Of a stretch of DNA of 64,000 nt, positions 11,848-20,667 are shown piece after piece; position 1 is the first letter of the stretch; every line of letters begins with the position of its first letter. Source of the DNA: Candidatus Aminicenantes bacterium (GTDB lineage Bacteria > Acidobacteriota > Aminicenantia > Aminicenantales > JAFGAV01); contig JAFGAV010000049.1 of assembly GCA_016933515.1 (NCBI GenBank), positions 338 through 64,337 on the forward strand, in the 5' to 3' direction. The notes beneath the pieces were generated by a model. The model was not told the DNA's origin, made no database searches, and saw only the letters and a program-made list of their open reading frames with translations. A program made the translations under genes and the position numbers.

Positions 11848-11902
11848 GCCCGGCAGGCGCCGCGGTTTGTCTTCGGCCGCGATTCTGTTGTATCCTTAAA
11901 AC

Positions 11903-14326
11903 ATGCCCGAATGGAGACCATGGGTCTTGAAAATCAGGATCCGCAAGCCCAACCGTGAAAACCGGGAGAAAATTTTCCGGATCCTGGGACAAGCCTGTCT
12001 GTTTCTTCTGGCCGCCGGCCTGGGAATGGGATTCGGGACCTATTACGCCATCACCCGGAATCTGCCTGAAGTCGGCGAGCTCGAACACTTCGAGCCTTAC
12101 ATCATCACCTCCGTTCTGGGGGACGACGGCCGGGTCGTCAAGGAATTCGCCGTCGAGCGCCGGCTCGAGGTGCCGTACGAGAAAATCCCCGACGTCCTGC
12201 TGAAGGCCATCATCGCCACCGAGGACCCCCGCTTCTTCAGGCATCGGGGTGTGGACCTTATCGGCATCCTGCGCGCCGTCAAGGAAAACGTTTTCGGCCG
12301 GCGTCAAGGAGAGAAGCTCCAGGGAGGAAGCACGATCACCCAGCAGCTGGCCACTTCGCTTTTTCTCCGCCGCGAGATCACGCTGAGGCGCAAGCTCAAG
12401 GAAGCCGTCCTGTCCCTGAGGATCGAGCGCCGCTATTCGAAGGAAAAGATCCTGGAGATGTACTGCAACCAGTTCTATTTCGGACACGGAGTGTACGGCG
12501 TCGAAACCGCTTCCAACCTCTTTTTCGGCAAGAGCGTCGCCGACGTGACTCTCGAGGAGGCGGCCATGCTGGCCGGCATCTTTCGCGGTCCGTCGATCTA
12601 CTCCCCCTACAACGCCCCGCAAGTCATGCTCCAGCGCCGCAACCATGTCCTCAAACGCATGCTGGAACGCGGGGACATCACCTCCGCCCAGGCCGAGGAG
12701 GCCATGAACATCCCTTTGGCCGTCCTTCCCCTCAGGCGCACGTCTTCGGATTTCGGAGCCTATTTCTTCGAGGAGGTCCGCCGCTACGTGGAAAAAACCT
12801 ACGGCTATGACGCTCTCTACCGACAGGGCCTCCGAATCACCACGACCTTCAACGCCGAGATGCAGACTTACGCCGAAGCGGCCGTAGACCGTCAGCTGCG
12901 GACCATCGACAAGAGGCTGGGCTGGCGGATGGACAAGCGGAATCTCCTCGAGGAGGAGCGGGATATCGAGGACGTCTGGCTGGAGTCCTGGACGTCGTCT
13001 CTTCTCGAATCCGAGACGGTGGAGGAGGGGGTGGCCCTTGCCGTGGACAAGAAAGAAGCGATCGTCAGGGTCAAAAAATATCGGGGCCGCCTGACCAACG
13101 CGGGCATCGCCTGGACCAAGTCCCGGGATCTCGACCGGCTTTTCAAGCCGGGGGACGTCATCCAGGTCGCCGTCCGGTCCGTGGATGAGGAGAAGAAAAC
13201 TTTTGAAGCCTCGCTCGAGCAGGAGCCCGAGGTCGAAGCGGCCTTTCTGGGCATCGTTCCTCAGACCGGTCAGATCAAGTTCATGGTCGGAGGACATTCC
13301 TTTCGGAAATCCGAATTCAATCGAGCCACCCAGGCGCTGCGCCAGGCCGGTTCGGCCATCAAGCCCATCCTTTACACCGCCGCCCTGGACAACGGTTTCA
13401 CCGCCGCTACGCGGATCATCGACGAGCCCACCGATTTCGAGGATAAGTGGACCGGAGAAACTTGGTCCCCGCCGAATTACGACCAACTGTTCAAGGGTGC
13501 TGTGACCCTGAGGAAGGGTTTGGAGGAATCGCGGAACATCGTCACCGCCAAGATCCTGGAGTCGATCTCGCCCCAGACGGGAGTGAATTACTGCCGGAAG
13601 TTCGGGCTGACGTCGCCCGTCTACCCGTATCTGTCCCTGTCGCTGGGGACGTTCGAGGTCACCCTCCTCGAACTCGTCTCGGCCTACACCGTATTCCCCA
13701 ACAGGGGAGTCCGGGTCACGCCTCATTTCATCACCCGAATCGAGGACAAGGAGGGACATCTCCTCGAAGAAACCACGGTCGAGGCCGAGGAAGTTGTTTC
13801 GCCCCAGACGGCATTTCTGACGACCTACCTCATGCAGGGCGTCATGGGCCCCGGAGGAACAGGCTGGTCGGCGACACCCTTGACGCGGGACAAGCCCATG
13901 GGCGGAAAGACCGGGACGACGGACGAATACTCGGACGCCTGGATGGTGGGTTTCACCCCCTCGCTCTGCGCCGGCGTTTGGTTGGGGCGGGACACGAAGA
14001 AGGAGATCGCGCCCCATCACTCCGGCGCCGTGGCCGCCCAGCCCATCTGGAACGAATTCTTCAAGCAGCTGATTGAAGCCGAAAAGGTCAAGGCCGCCGC
14101 CGAGGGCAAGACGGTTCCCCGAGAGGAATTTGCTGTCCCTCCCAACATCCTGTTCGTCGACATCGACAAGAAAACGGGCTTCCTGGCCACGCCCGCCTGC
14201 CTCTGGCCGTTTCGGGAAGCCTTCCTGACCGGCACGGAGCCGACGCGCTTCTGCACGATGGAAGACCACATGATGATCCTGGATTATTACGGGCTGGACA
14301 AGGCTAAGGAAGAACAGGAGCCATAA
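11903..14326 (+). CDS. mrcA: Bifunctional class A penicillin-binding protein (PBP1A-type transglycosylase/transpeptidase)
   Basis: GT51 motifs EDPRFFRHRGVD and GGSTITQQL. Transpeptidase motifs SAIKP (SxxK), SRN and KTGTT. An N-terminal membrane anchor is present. Confidence 0.92.
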   Translation: MPEWRPWVLKIRIRKPNRENREKIFRILGQACLFLLAAGLGMGFGTYYAITRNLPEVGELEHFEPYIITSVLGDDGRVVKEFAVERRLEVPYEKIPDVLLKAIIATEDPRFFRHRGVDLIGILRAVKENVFGRRQGEKLQGGSTITQQLATSLFLRREITLRRKLKEAVLSLRIERRYSKEKILEMYCNQFYFGHGVYGVETASNLFFGKSVADVTLEEAAMLAGIFRGPSIYSPYNAPQVMLQRRNHVLKRMLERGDITSAQAEEAMNIPLAVLPLRRTSSDFGAYFFEEVRRYVEKTYGYDALYRQGLRITTTFNAEMQTYAEAAVDRQLRTIDKRLGWRMDKRNLLEEERDIEDVWLESWTSSLLESETVEEGVALAVDKKEAIVRVKKYRGRLTNAGIAWTKSRDLDRLFKPGDVIQVAVRSVDEEKKTFEASLEQEPEVEAAFLGIVPQTGQIKFMVGGHSFRKSEFNRATQALRQAGSAIKPILYTAALDNGFTAATRIIDEPTDFEDKWTGETWSPPNYDQLFKGAVTLRKGLEESRNIVTAKILESISPQTGVNYCRKFGLTSPVYPYLSLSLGTFEVTLLELVSAYTVFPNRGVRVTPHFITRIEDKEGHLLEETTVEAEEVVSPQTAFLTTYLMQGVMGPGGTGWSATPLTRDKPMGGKTGTTDEYSDAWMVGFTPSLCAGVWLGRDTKKEIAPHHSGAVAAQPIWNEFFKQLIEAEKVKAAAEGKTVPREEFAVPPNILFVDIDKKTGFLATPACLWPFREAFLTGTEPTRFCTMEDHMMILDYYGLDKAKEEQEP

Positions 14327-14356
14327 AAAAACTCCCGGGAGGGGACTCCCGGGAGT
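14324..14356 (-). terminator. Strong intrinsic terminator between convergent genes, with the U-tract on the minus strand
   Basis: ACTCCCGGGAG(14331-14341)-gggA-CTCCCGGGAGT(14346-14356) forms an 11-bp perfect stem with a 4-nt loop. The A7 run at 14325-14331 reads as a U-tract immediately after the hairpin on the minus-strand transcript of the 14381-16237 gene. On the plus strand no U-tract follows. Confidence 0.75.
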
Positions 14357-14380
14357 CGAAACGACCGCGGGGAACCGATT

Positions 14381-16237
14381 CTAGTTTTTCTTGCGCGCGC
14401 TCGACGAGGAGCGGCTTGAGCCGCTCGACGATCTCGCGGAGGAAGAAGATCCGCTGCTTCGCGAGCTCGCAGAGGACACGCGGCTTCCTGATTTTGAAGA
14501 GGATCCGCTGCTTCGCGAGCTTATCGCCGACCTTGAACTCGATCCCGAAGCGGATGAGGACGAAGAGGACGAACTCCGGTTGAGGATCCGGTCGTAAATT
14601 CTGCCGAGGGAAGGGACGGATCTCCAGGAAGACGACCGCCCCTCGGTCCGGCTGCGCGCGCTCTCCGTTGAGGAGGGGTAGCCGTAGGAATGGCTCCGGA
14701 GGGAGGCGTTTCCGCCCTCCGATTCATCGTTTTTCTTGCGGATTTTTCTTTCTCCGGAAGAGGAGTCCGTCTTCACGCTCTTTCCCTGGGGCTCGGTCCT
14801 CGAGGGCCGCTCTGAGACGCGGGGAGAAGAGCGGTCGGAACCGGTTTCCTTACCCGCGGGAGGCGATTTCTCCCCGCTTGGGGAGGATCCATCGACGCGC
14901 CCGCGGACGGTTGCGCCTCGATCGGCCTCAGTCCCGGCGCTCGATCCGCGGCCTTTGATGACGCGCTCCTCGGGAGACGTCACGTCCCGGCTCCGAAGAA
15001 GAACCCGGTTCCCTTCGAGTTTTTCTACGGCCACGCCCCTCACCGACTCGGGTTTCGGGGCCAGGCGGACGTCCGCGCTCATGGCGATTTTTCCTCCGTC
15101 GCCGATCACATCGGGAGGAACGACAACCCGAGTCACGTCGGGAGCTTGGAGCTGGTTCTTGCGGACGACGGTCAGGGCTCTGGAGTGGCGCGGGTAATCG
15201 CCGTGGTAGCGGTCATAATACCTGTTGTGAAGGATGACTCCCGGGTATCCATACCAGCTCAACGGCGCCCAGCCGTAATAGTCCCAGCCCCACCACCAGC
15301 TCACCCAGGCCGGGCCCCAGACGTTCATTGGAATCCAGTACCAGCCGAAGGAGGGGTTCCATTGCCAGCGACCATAGTGAAAAGGCGCCCATCCCCAGGG
15401 ATCGAAACTGATCCACGTCCAACCGCAGAAGGGTATCCACGTCCAACGGCCATGGTAATAGGGCCGCCAACCGGCAGCCATGCCGCGGGGAATCCAGATA
15501 TGGCCGTAAGGCGCCAGATAGCTCCAGTCGCCGTAGGCGTCGAGCTCAGGCTCATACTCCCAGAGTTCCTCGGGGAGGTAGCGGCCGGCCGCCTCTCTGC
15601 CGACCAGAGCTTCGCGCCCGGCGTTCCATTCGTCAAAACCGTCTTCGAGCGAGGCGGTGAACCGGCCGGGGCGCGAAAGGAATCGTCCGGCGGCCGCTTC
15701 GATCTTCTGCCCGGCGCCGAGGATGTTCGATCCCTCGCCGCCCGCGACTTCCACGGTCCCCTCGAAGACGAGGATGGAGGTCCTGTCGTTCTCCAAAACG
15801 TCCACGCGGACCAGGCCTTTCTCCAGGACATAGACCGAGGCATCGGCAGTGTGAATCTCGACGGCTTTTTCCCTCATGAGGACATCGAGCGACACATAGA
15901 CGCTGCCCGCCCAGACTTTGATCCGAGTGATGTCCGCGCTTCTATCCGGAAAGTTCTGGAAATCGACCTTGGTGTCTCTATCCAAACGGATGTGGTTCCG
16001 CCGTCCGAGGGACACTTCCACCCGGCCGTCCGCCGTGGCCAGACGGTCGCCCGAGGAAACGGGCATGTTGATCTGGCATTCTTCATAGCCCAGATCCGCC
16101 GCCCGCTGGAGGTAGGCCGTGCCGCTGAGATGGTTCAGTCTGGCGACCGAATCGTTGGTATAGGGAACTTCGTCCTGAGCCAGGACAGGAAACGCCGCCA
16201 ACATCAATAGGCTTGCCATTATCGACAGTTTCTTCAT
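14381..16237 (-). CDS. Secreted FecR-domain protein with a Trp/Tyr/Gly-rich repeat region and a poly-Ser tail
   Basis: Signal peptide MKKLSIMASLLMLAAFPVLA. FecR-like beta-sandwich region (…GDRLATADGRVEVSLG…VFEGTVEVAG…). Then WGWAPFHYGRWQWNPSFGWYWIP…WVSWWWGWDYYGWAP (YxWGxW-type repeats). The C-terminal ~70 aa are almost pure Ser/Arg/Gly (SSRSSGSSS repeated). Confidence 0.65.
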   Translation of the reverse strand: MKKLSIMASLLMLAAFPVLAQDEVPYTNDSVARLNHLSGTAYLQRAADLGYEECQINMPVSSGDRLATADGRVEVSLGRRNHIRLDRDTKVDFQNFPDRSADITRIKVWAGSVYVSLDVLMREKAVEIHTADASVYVLEKGLVRVDVLENDRTSILVFEGTVEVAGGEGSNILGAGQKIEAAAGRFLSRPGRFTASLEDGFDEWNAGREALVGREAAGRYLPEELWEYEPELDAYGDWSYLAPYGHIWIPRGMAAGWRPYYHGRWTWIPFCGWTWISFDPWGWAPFHYGRWQWNPSFGWYWIPMNVWGPAWVSWWWGWDYYGWAPLSWYGYPGVILHNRYYDRYHGDYPRHSRALTVVRKNQLQAPDVTRVVVPPDVIGDGGKIAMSADVRLAPKPESVRGVAVEKLEGNRVLLRSRDVTSPEERVIKGRGSSAGTEADRGATVRGRVDGSSPSGEKSPPAGKETGSDRSSPRVSERPSRTEPQGKSVKTDSSSGERKIRKKNDESEGGNASLRSHSYGYPSSTESARSRTEGRSSSWRSVPSLGRIYDRILNRSSSSSSSSASGSSSRSAISSRSSGSSSKSGSRVSSASSRSSGSSSSARSSSGSSRSSSSARKKN

Positions 16238-16351
16238 GGCCTTTTCTCCTTACGTTTCATTTTAGAGCAAAATCCATGCCAGCGCGTTAATGGCAGAAAA
16301 GGCGAAAATCATGCCGCCCCCTGTCCTCATTAGATGACGCTTGCCCGGGTT

Positions 16352-17398
16352 TCAGACACAGGCTTCCAGCTTCCAATAACGGCTCAAGTGTGCGGCTGCG
16401 GGAGCAATCTCTCTGAGGGTTGCCGGCGAGGGGGAGGCCTCAACGGGGATCGGAGGGGAGGCGCCGTTCAATTGGAGAAGAACGTGCTTTACGCCGTCCC
16501 TGAGTCCGGGCAGGTGGTAGCCTCCTTCCAAAGTGAACAGGAGGCGCCCCCGGCACATCTCGTCGGCCAGGGCCATGATTTCCGCGGCCAGAGCCCCGAA
16601 CCCTTGGGTGCTGAGGTCCATTCCGCCCAAGGGGTCGCCTCCGTAGATGTCGAACCCGGCTGAGACCAAAATGAACTCCGGCCGGAACTGCCGGGCGATC
16701 GCGCCGAGGATTGTGCGGTAGATATGGAGGTAATCGCCGTCGGTCTTTCCGGGAGAAAGAGGGATGTTGACCGTCTTGCCCGCGCCGGCACCGCTTCCTG
16801 ATTCGGTCCAGTGGCCCGTTCCGGGGTAGTAGGGAAACTGGTGGGTGGAGAAATACAAGACGTCGCCCCGTTCGTAGAAGGAATGCTGCGTCCCGTTGCC
16901 GTGGTGGAGATCCCAATCGGCGATCAGCACGCGTTTGAGGCCCCGTCGTCGGACGAGATGCTCGGCCGCCAGGGCGATGTTGTTGAAGATGCAGAAACCC
17001 ATGGCCCGCCCGGCCTCGGCATGGTGGCCGGGAGGACGGACGAGCGCGAAGGCGTTGCGGACTTCTCCCCGAAGGACGGCGTCCGAGGCCTCGAGGAGCC
17101 CGCCCGCCGCCAGGCGCGCCGCCTCCCACGTCCGCGCCGAGGCCGCCGTGTCCGGATCGAGAACGACCATGGCGCGGCCCGACGTGCGCTCGATGAAGGC
17201 GATGTAGTCCGGGTCATGGATGAACGCCAGCTCCTCGAGCGTCGCCGCCCGGGCCGGAATGTCCGCCAGGTTCGCCGGCCCGTCTTTGTCGAGCATTTCG
17301 TAGACGGCTTCAAGACGCAGCGGGCTCTCGACATGGCCGGACCCCATGGTGTGTTCCAGGAATCGCCGGTCGCGGACGATGCCCGTCGGTTGGAACAT
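16352..17398 (-). CDS. Histone-deacetylase-family amidohydrolase (AcuC / acetylpolyamine-deacetylase-like)
   Basis: PPGHHAEAGRAMGFCIFNN, DWDLHHGNGTQ and LEGGY motifs of class I/II HDAC-like Zn hydrolases. Confidence 0.88.
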   Translation of the reverse strand: MFQPTGIVRDRRFLEHTMGSGHVESPLRLEAVYEMLDKDGPANLADIPARAATLEELAFIHDPDYIAFIERTSGRAMVVLDPDTAASARTWEAARLAAGGLLEASDAVLRGEVRNAFALVRPPGHHAEAGRAMGFCIFNNIALAAEHLVRRRGLKRVLIADWDLHHGNGTQHSFYERGDVLYFSTHQFPYYPGTGHWTESGSGAGAGKTVNIPLSPGKTDGDYLHIYRTILGAIARQFRPEFILVSAGFDIYGGDPLGGMDLSTQGFGALAAEIMALADEMCRGRLLFTLEGGYHLPGLRDGVKHVLLQLNGASPPIPVEASPSPATLREIAPAAAHLSRYWKLEACV

Positions 17399-17451
17399 GG
17401 CGTGCTTCTCCCTCGGCCGGACCGCGGCGGCAGCGCCCGCGCCCGGCGCCT

Positions 17452-19155
17452 CTATGTTTTGGCCGGAAAGAGCTTGGCCAGGTCTTCAGGTTTCGGCTTC
17501 GGCGAGAGAAGGCTGCCGAAGATGAGCGCCAGCAGGGAGACGGCCAGGGCGGGGTAGATGCTCGGAACGCCCCACGGGTCGCCCTGCCGGAGAACCGAAG
17601 GAAAGGCGTTGGGGATGACGAGCTCGAAGACAACGGCCATGAGCGCGCCGCTGGTGATCGACAGAATCCCGCCCGTCTTCGTGGCCCGTTTCCAGGTCAG
17701 CGCCGCCAGCAGGGCCGGGGTGATGGCCACGCCGTACATGGTGTAGGCGAAGTAGGCGTAGCGGAGCACGGAAATCCGGGAATGGAGCACTGTGGGAATG
17801 AAGATCATCAGGAACGCGCACGTCCCCAGGATGACGATGAACACCTTCTGCAGGGCGACGAGGCGCTTTTGGTCGGCGTCGGGCTTCAAGAATCGCTGAT
17901 AGATGTCGCGCATGATGTTGGTCGAGGGAGAGAGGAGATAGTTCATGCCCGTAGACAGGACGACGGCGCAGGCCGCGCCAAGAAGCAGGAGTCCGGCCAG
18001 AAGCCCCACGATGCCCATGGTGCCGATGTCCCGGGCCGCCTGAAGCACAACCGAGGCCGGATCGATTCCGGCGCGCACGCCGGCCGCATCAGCCTCGGTC
18101 CGGACCGCGCCGAACGCCTTCTCAAGATCGGCCCGCAGGCCTTCCGCCTGGCCGGGTTTGACGTTCGCCGATTTTTCGAGCTCCCCGGCCAGGACCAGGG
18201 AGCGGGGCAGGGCGTCGTCCGCCCGTATCGTCCCGCTCGCCACCTCGCTCTTTACGCGTCCGGCGATTTCAAACGTTTTGAGATCCTTCCAGTGGGCGGC
18301 GGCGGAATAGATGGCGATGGCCACGACCAGCGTCTCCACGAGGATCGTCCCCACGATCCAGATCCCGACCGCTTTCTTGGCCTCCCGCGGCGTCTTGGCC
18401 GAGTAGAACTTCTGGTACATGGATTGCACGCCCAGAAGAAGCATCATCGTCGCCAGGAAATAGCTGAGGGCCTTGAGAAAGGGGTACTGGCCGAAGTCCG
18501 AGGAGAAGACGGCGAAATGCTGCACCGGCAGCGCGGCCGCCGCGGCCGGAAAACCGCCGGCGAAAACGACGATGAACGGCAGCGCGACGCAGCAGGCCAG
18601 GAGGATGATGATGCCGTTCGGCAGATCGGTGTGGGCCACGGCCATCATCCCGCCCAGAGCGGTGAAGAGGATGACGAACAGAGCGGCGAGCGCCTGCCCC
18701 ATCTCGACCGACAGGCCTCCGTCGGTCACGATGTTGAGGATGTAGCCGCCGGCCCGGAACTGGTAGGAGACGATGGTCGTGAAGGCGATGATCAAAGCCA
18801 CGGCGCCGAACAGGCGGGCGAACTTGCCGTAGCGGACCTCGAGGATGTCGCCCACGGTGTACTGGCCGAAGGTCCGGATCTTGGCCGCCAGAAAATAGAT
18901 GACGGCGATTCCGACCCAGGCGCCGGCCGGAAGCCACAGGGACGACCATCCGGCCTTGGCCGCGTATTCCGCGCCGGCGATGAACGTCCCCGAGCCGATC
19001 CAGGTGCAGATCAGGGTGAAGACCATGACCGTCAGGCTGAGCTTCCGCCCGGCGACCATGAAATCCTCCTGGCTCTGGATGCGTTTCGCCCGGAGGAAGT
19101 TGAACGCCGTCAAGACAAGAAGATAGCCGAGGATGATGAACAGATAGAGCGACAT
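17452..19155 (-). CDS. Sodium:solute symporter (SSF) family transporter
   Basis: ORF 17452..19359. I prefer the ATG at 19155 (MSLYLFIILGYLLV…), preceded by AAGGAGG. About 13 TM helices and SSF-like FMVAGRKLS. A ~90-aa hydrophilic insertion (…AGRVKSEVASGT…AARDIG…) sits before the last TM bundle. Confidence 0.8.
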   Translation of the reverse strand: MSLYLFIILGYLLVLTAFNFLRAKRIQSQEDFMVAGRKLSLTVMVFTLICTWIGSGTFIAGAEYAAKAGWSSLWLPAGAWVGIAVIYFLAAKIRTFGQYTVGDILEVRYGKFARLFGAVALIIAFTTIVSYQFRAGGYILNIVTDGGLSVEMGQALAALFVILFTALGGMMAVAHTDLPNGIIILLACCVALPFIVVFAGGFPAAAAALPVQHFAVFSSDFGQYPFLKALSYFLATMMLLLGVQSMYQKFYSAKTPREAKKAVGIWIVGTILVETLVVAIAIYSAAAHWKDLKTFEIAGRVKSEVASGTIRADDALPRSLVLAGELEKSANVKPGQAEGLRADLEKAFGAVRTEADAAGVRAGIDPASVVLQAARDIGTMGIVGLLAGLLLLGAACAVVLSTGMNYLLSPSTNIMRDIYQRFLKPDADQKRLVALQKVFIVILGTCAFLMIFIPTVLHSRISVLRYAYFAYTMYGVAITPALLAALTWKRATKTGGILSITSGALMAVVFELVIPNAFPSVLRQGDPWGVPSIYPALAVSLLALIFGSLLSPKPKPEDLAKLFPAKT

Positions 19156-19166
19156 GGTTGCCTCCT

Positions 19167-20663
19167 TCAGTCGGGGCGTTTTTTTCGGAACAGCCGGCCG
19201 AGCTTCAGCCGGAAATAGACCCAGCCCATGACGGCGTAGCGCCGGGCGTCGGCGAGGGAGCGGGTTTGCTTCAGAATCTGGGGGACGCGGCGCAGGACGG
19301 ACGGTTTCTTTCCGGCGGAGAACGTCCAGCGGAAAACAAGCTCGGAAATCTGCCGCCAACTCAGGCGGTCGACAAAGAGCGGCACGTCGCCTTGGGCCAT
19401 GGGCAGGGTGACGATCCGGGAAAAGTCCTTCTTGGTCCAGGAAAAGCCGGCGGGCAGGACGCCCGTCTCCCGAGCCGTTTTTTCCAGGGGCGTGCCGGGG
19501 TAGACGTGCAGGATGGCGATCGAGCCCTCGATGCGCCCCCGGTAGCGCTCAATGGCCTCGATCGTCTGCCGGGCTTCCTCCCACGTCTCGGTGGGATGGC
19601 TGAAGATGAAAAAAACGTTGGGCACGACCTCGAGCTCGTTGCACCAGCGAACAAGGTTGTGAAAGTCCCGAATGTCGATCTTCTTGCCGATGATCTCGTT
19701 TCGCACCCGTTCCGATCCCGCCTCCAGGCCGAACGACAGGTGGAACAGGCCCGCCTGTTTCATCTTGGCCAGAAGCGGCCGGGTCATGATGTCCATGCGC
19801 ACGTCGCATTTCCAGAAAACGCCGAGCTTCCGCGCCAGGAGAAGGTCGCAGAGGGCCTCCACGCGGCGGGGGTCGGCGTTGAACGTGTCGTCGTAGAAGA
19901 AGATGACGCGGACGCCGTAACGTTCGACGAGACTCTCGATTTCGTTGACGACGTTCTCCGGGCTCCGCATCCGGACACGGCGGCCCCAGTTGACCGGCGT
20001 GGCGCAGAAATTGCAGTTGAAGGGACAGCCGCGGGACGTCATGATGTTCACCGCCGGCAGGGGGCCGTAGCCTGGAACCTCGAAGGTGAAATGGTATTTT
20101 TCGAAGGGGATGAGGTGAAAGGCGGGAGGGGGAATCCCGTCGAGGTCGGGGATGTGCCGGCGCGGGCGGCTCGAAACGGGGCGTCCGTCCGCGCCGCGGA
20201 ACACGAGGCCGTCGACCTGCTCGAAAACATCGGGGCCGGGCGGGGCCGAGGACAAAGCCCGGCAGAGGTCGGCCATCGTCTGTTCGCCCTCGCCCCGGAC
20301 GACGAGGTCGAGCTCCCGGAGATGCTCTACGGTGTCCTCGGCGGCCATCGACGCGTGCGGTCCTCCCATGACCGTCAGCGCCCCGGGCCGCGCCTTCTTG
20401 GCCCGCCGGATGAGCTCGAAGCTCTGAAAGCGGTTCTCGGTGAAGGACGTGACGCCCACGATGTCGGGCTCGTAATTGCGCACCTCCCGCTCGATGTCCC
20501 GCCATCCGAGCTTCAGCACCTCGGCCGGAACGACCCGGACATCGACGCCCTCCTTCTCCAAAGCGGCGGCGATGTAGAGAATGCCCAGCGGCGGCATGGA
20601 CGAGCCTTTGGTCCAACGCTCGGCGGCGTAGCCGCCCGGGGGGATGAACAGCTGGACCCTCAC
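19167..20663 (-). CDS. B12-binding-domain radical SAM enzyme (class B radical SAM, substrate unknown)
   Basis: GTG start at 20663, 4 nt after the smc stop. N-terminal B12-binding-like Rossmann (…LFIPPGG…PPLGILYIAAALEKEG…DIVGVTSFT…). Radical SAM cluster motif TSRGCPFNCNFCATP. Confidence 0.8.
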   Translation of the reverse strand: MRVQLFIPPGGYAAERWTKGSSMPPLGILYIAAALEKEGVDVRVVPAEVLKLGWRDIEREVRNYEPDIVGVTSFTENRFQSFELIRRAKKARPGALTVMGGPHASMAAEDTVEHLRELDLVVRGEGEQTMADLCRALSSAPPGPDVFEQVDGLVFRGADGRPVSSRPRRHIPDLDGIPPPAFHLIPFEKYHFTFEVPGYGPLPAVNIMTSRGCPFNCNFCATPVNWGRRVRMRSPENVVNEIESLVERYGVRVIFFYDDTFNADPRRVEALCDLLLARKLGVFWKCDVRMDIMTRPLLAKMKQAGLFHLSFGLEAGSERVRNEIIGKKIDIRDFHNLVRWCNELEVVPNVFFIFSHPTETWEEARQTIEAIERYRGRIEGSIAILHVYPGTPLEKTARETGVLPAGFSWTKKDFSRIVTLPMAQGDVPLFVDRLSWRQISELVFRWTFSAGKKPSVLRRVPQILKQTRSLADARRYAVMGWVYFRLKLGRLFRKKRPD

Positions 20664-20667
20664 CGTC

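Noticed and set aside
14391-14597. A highly acidic 68-aa plus-strand ORF (EEDPLLRELAED… repeated).
   Set aside because: It is the reverse-complement reading of the poly-Ser/Arg tail codons of the FecR-like gene. Its repeat mirrors that gene's SSRSSGSSS duplication.
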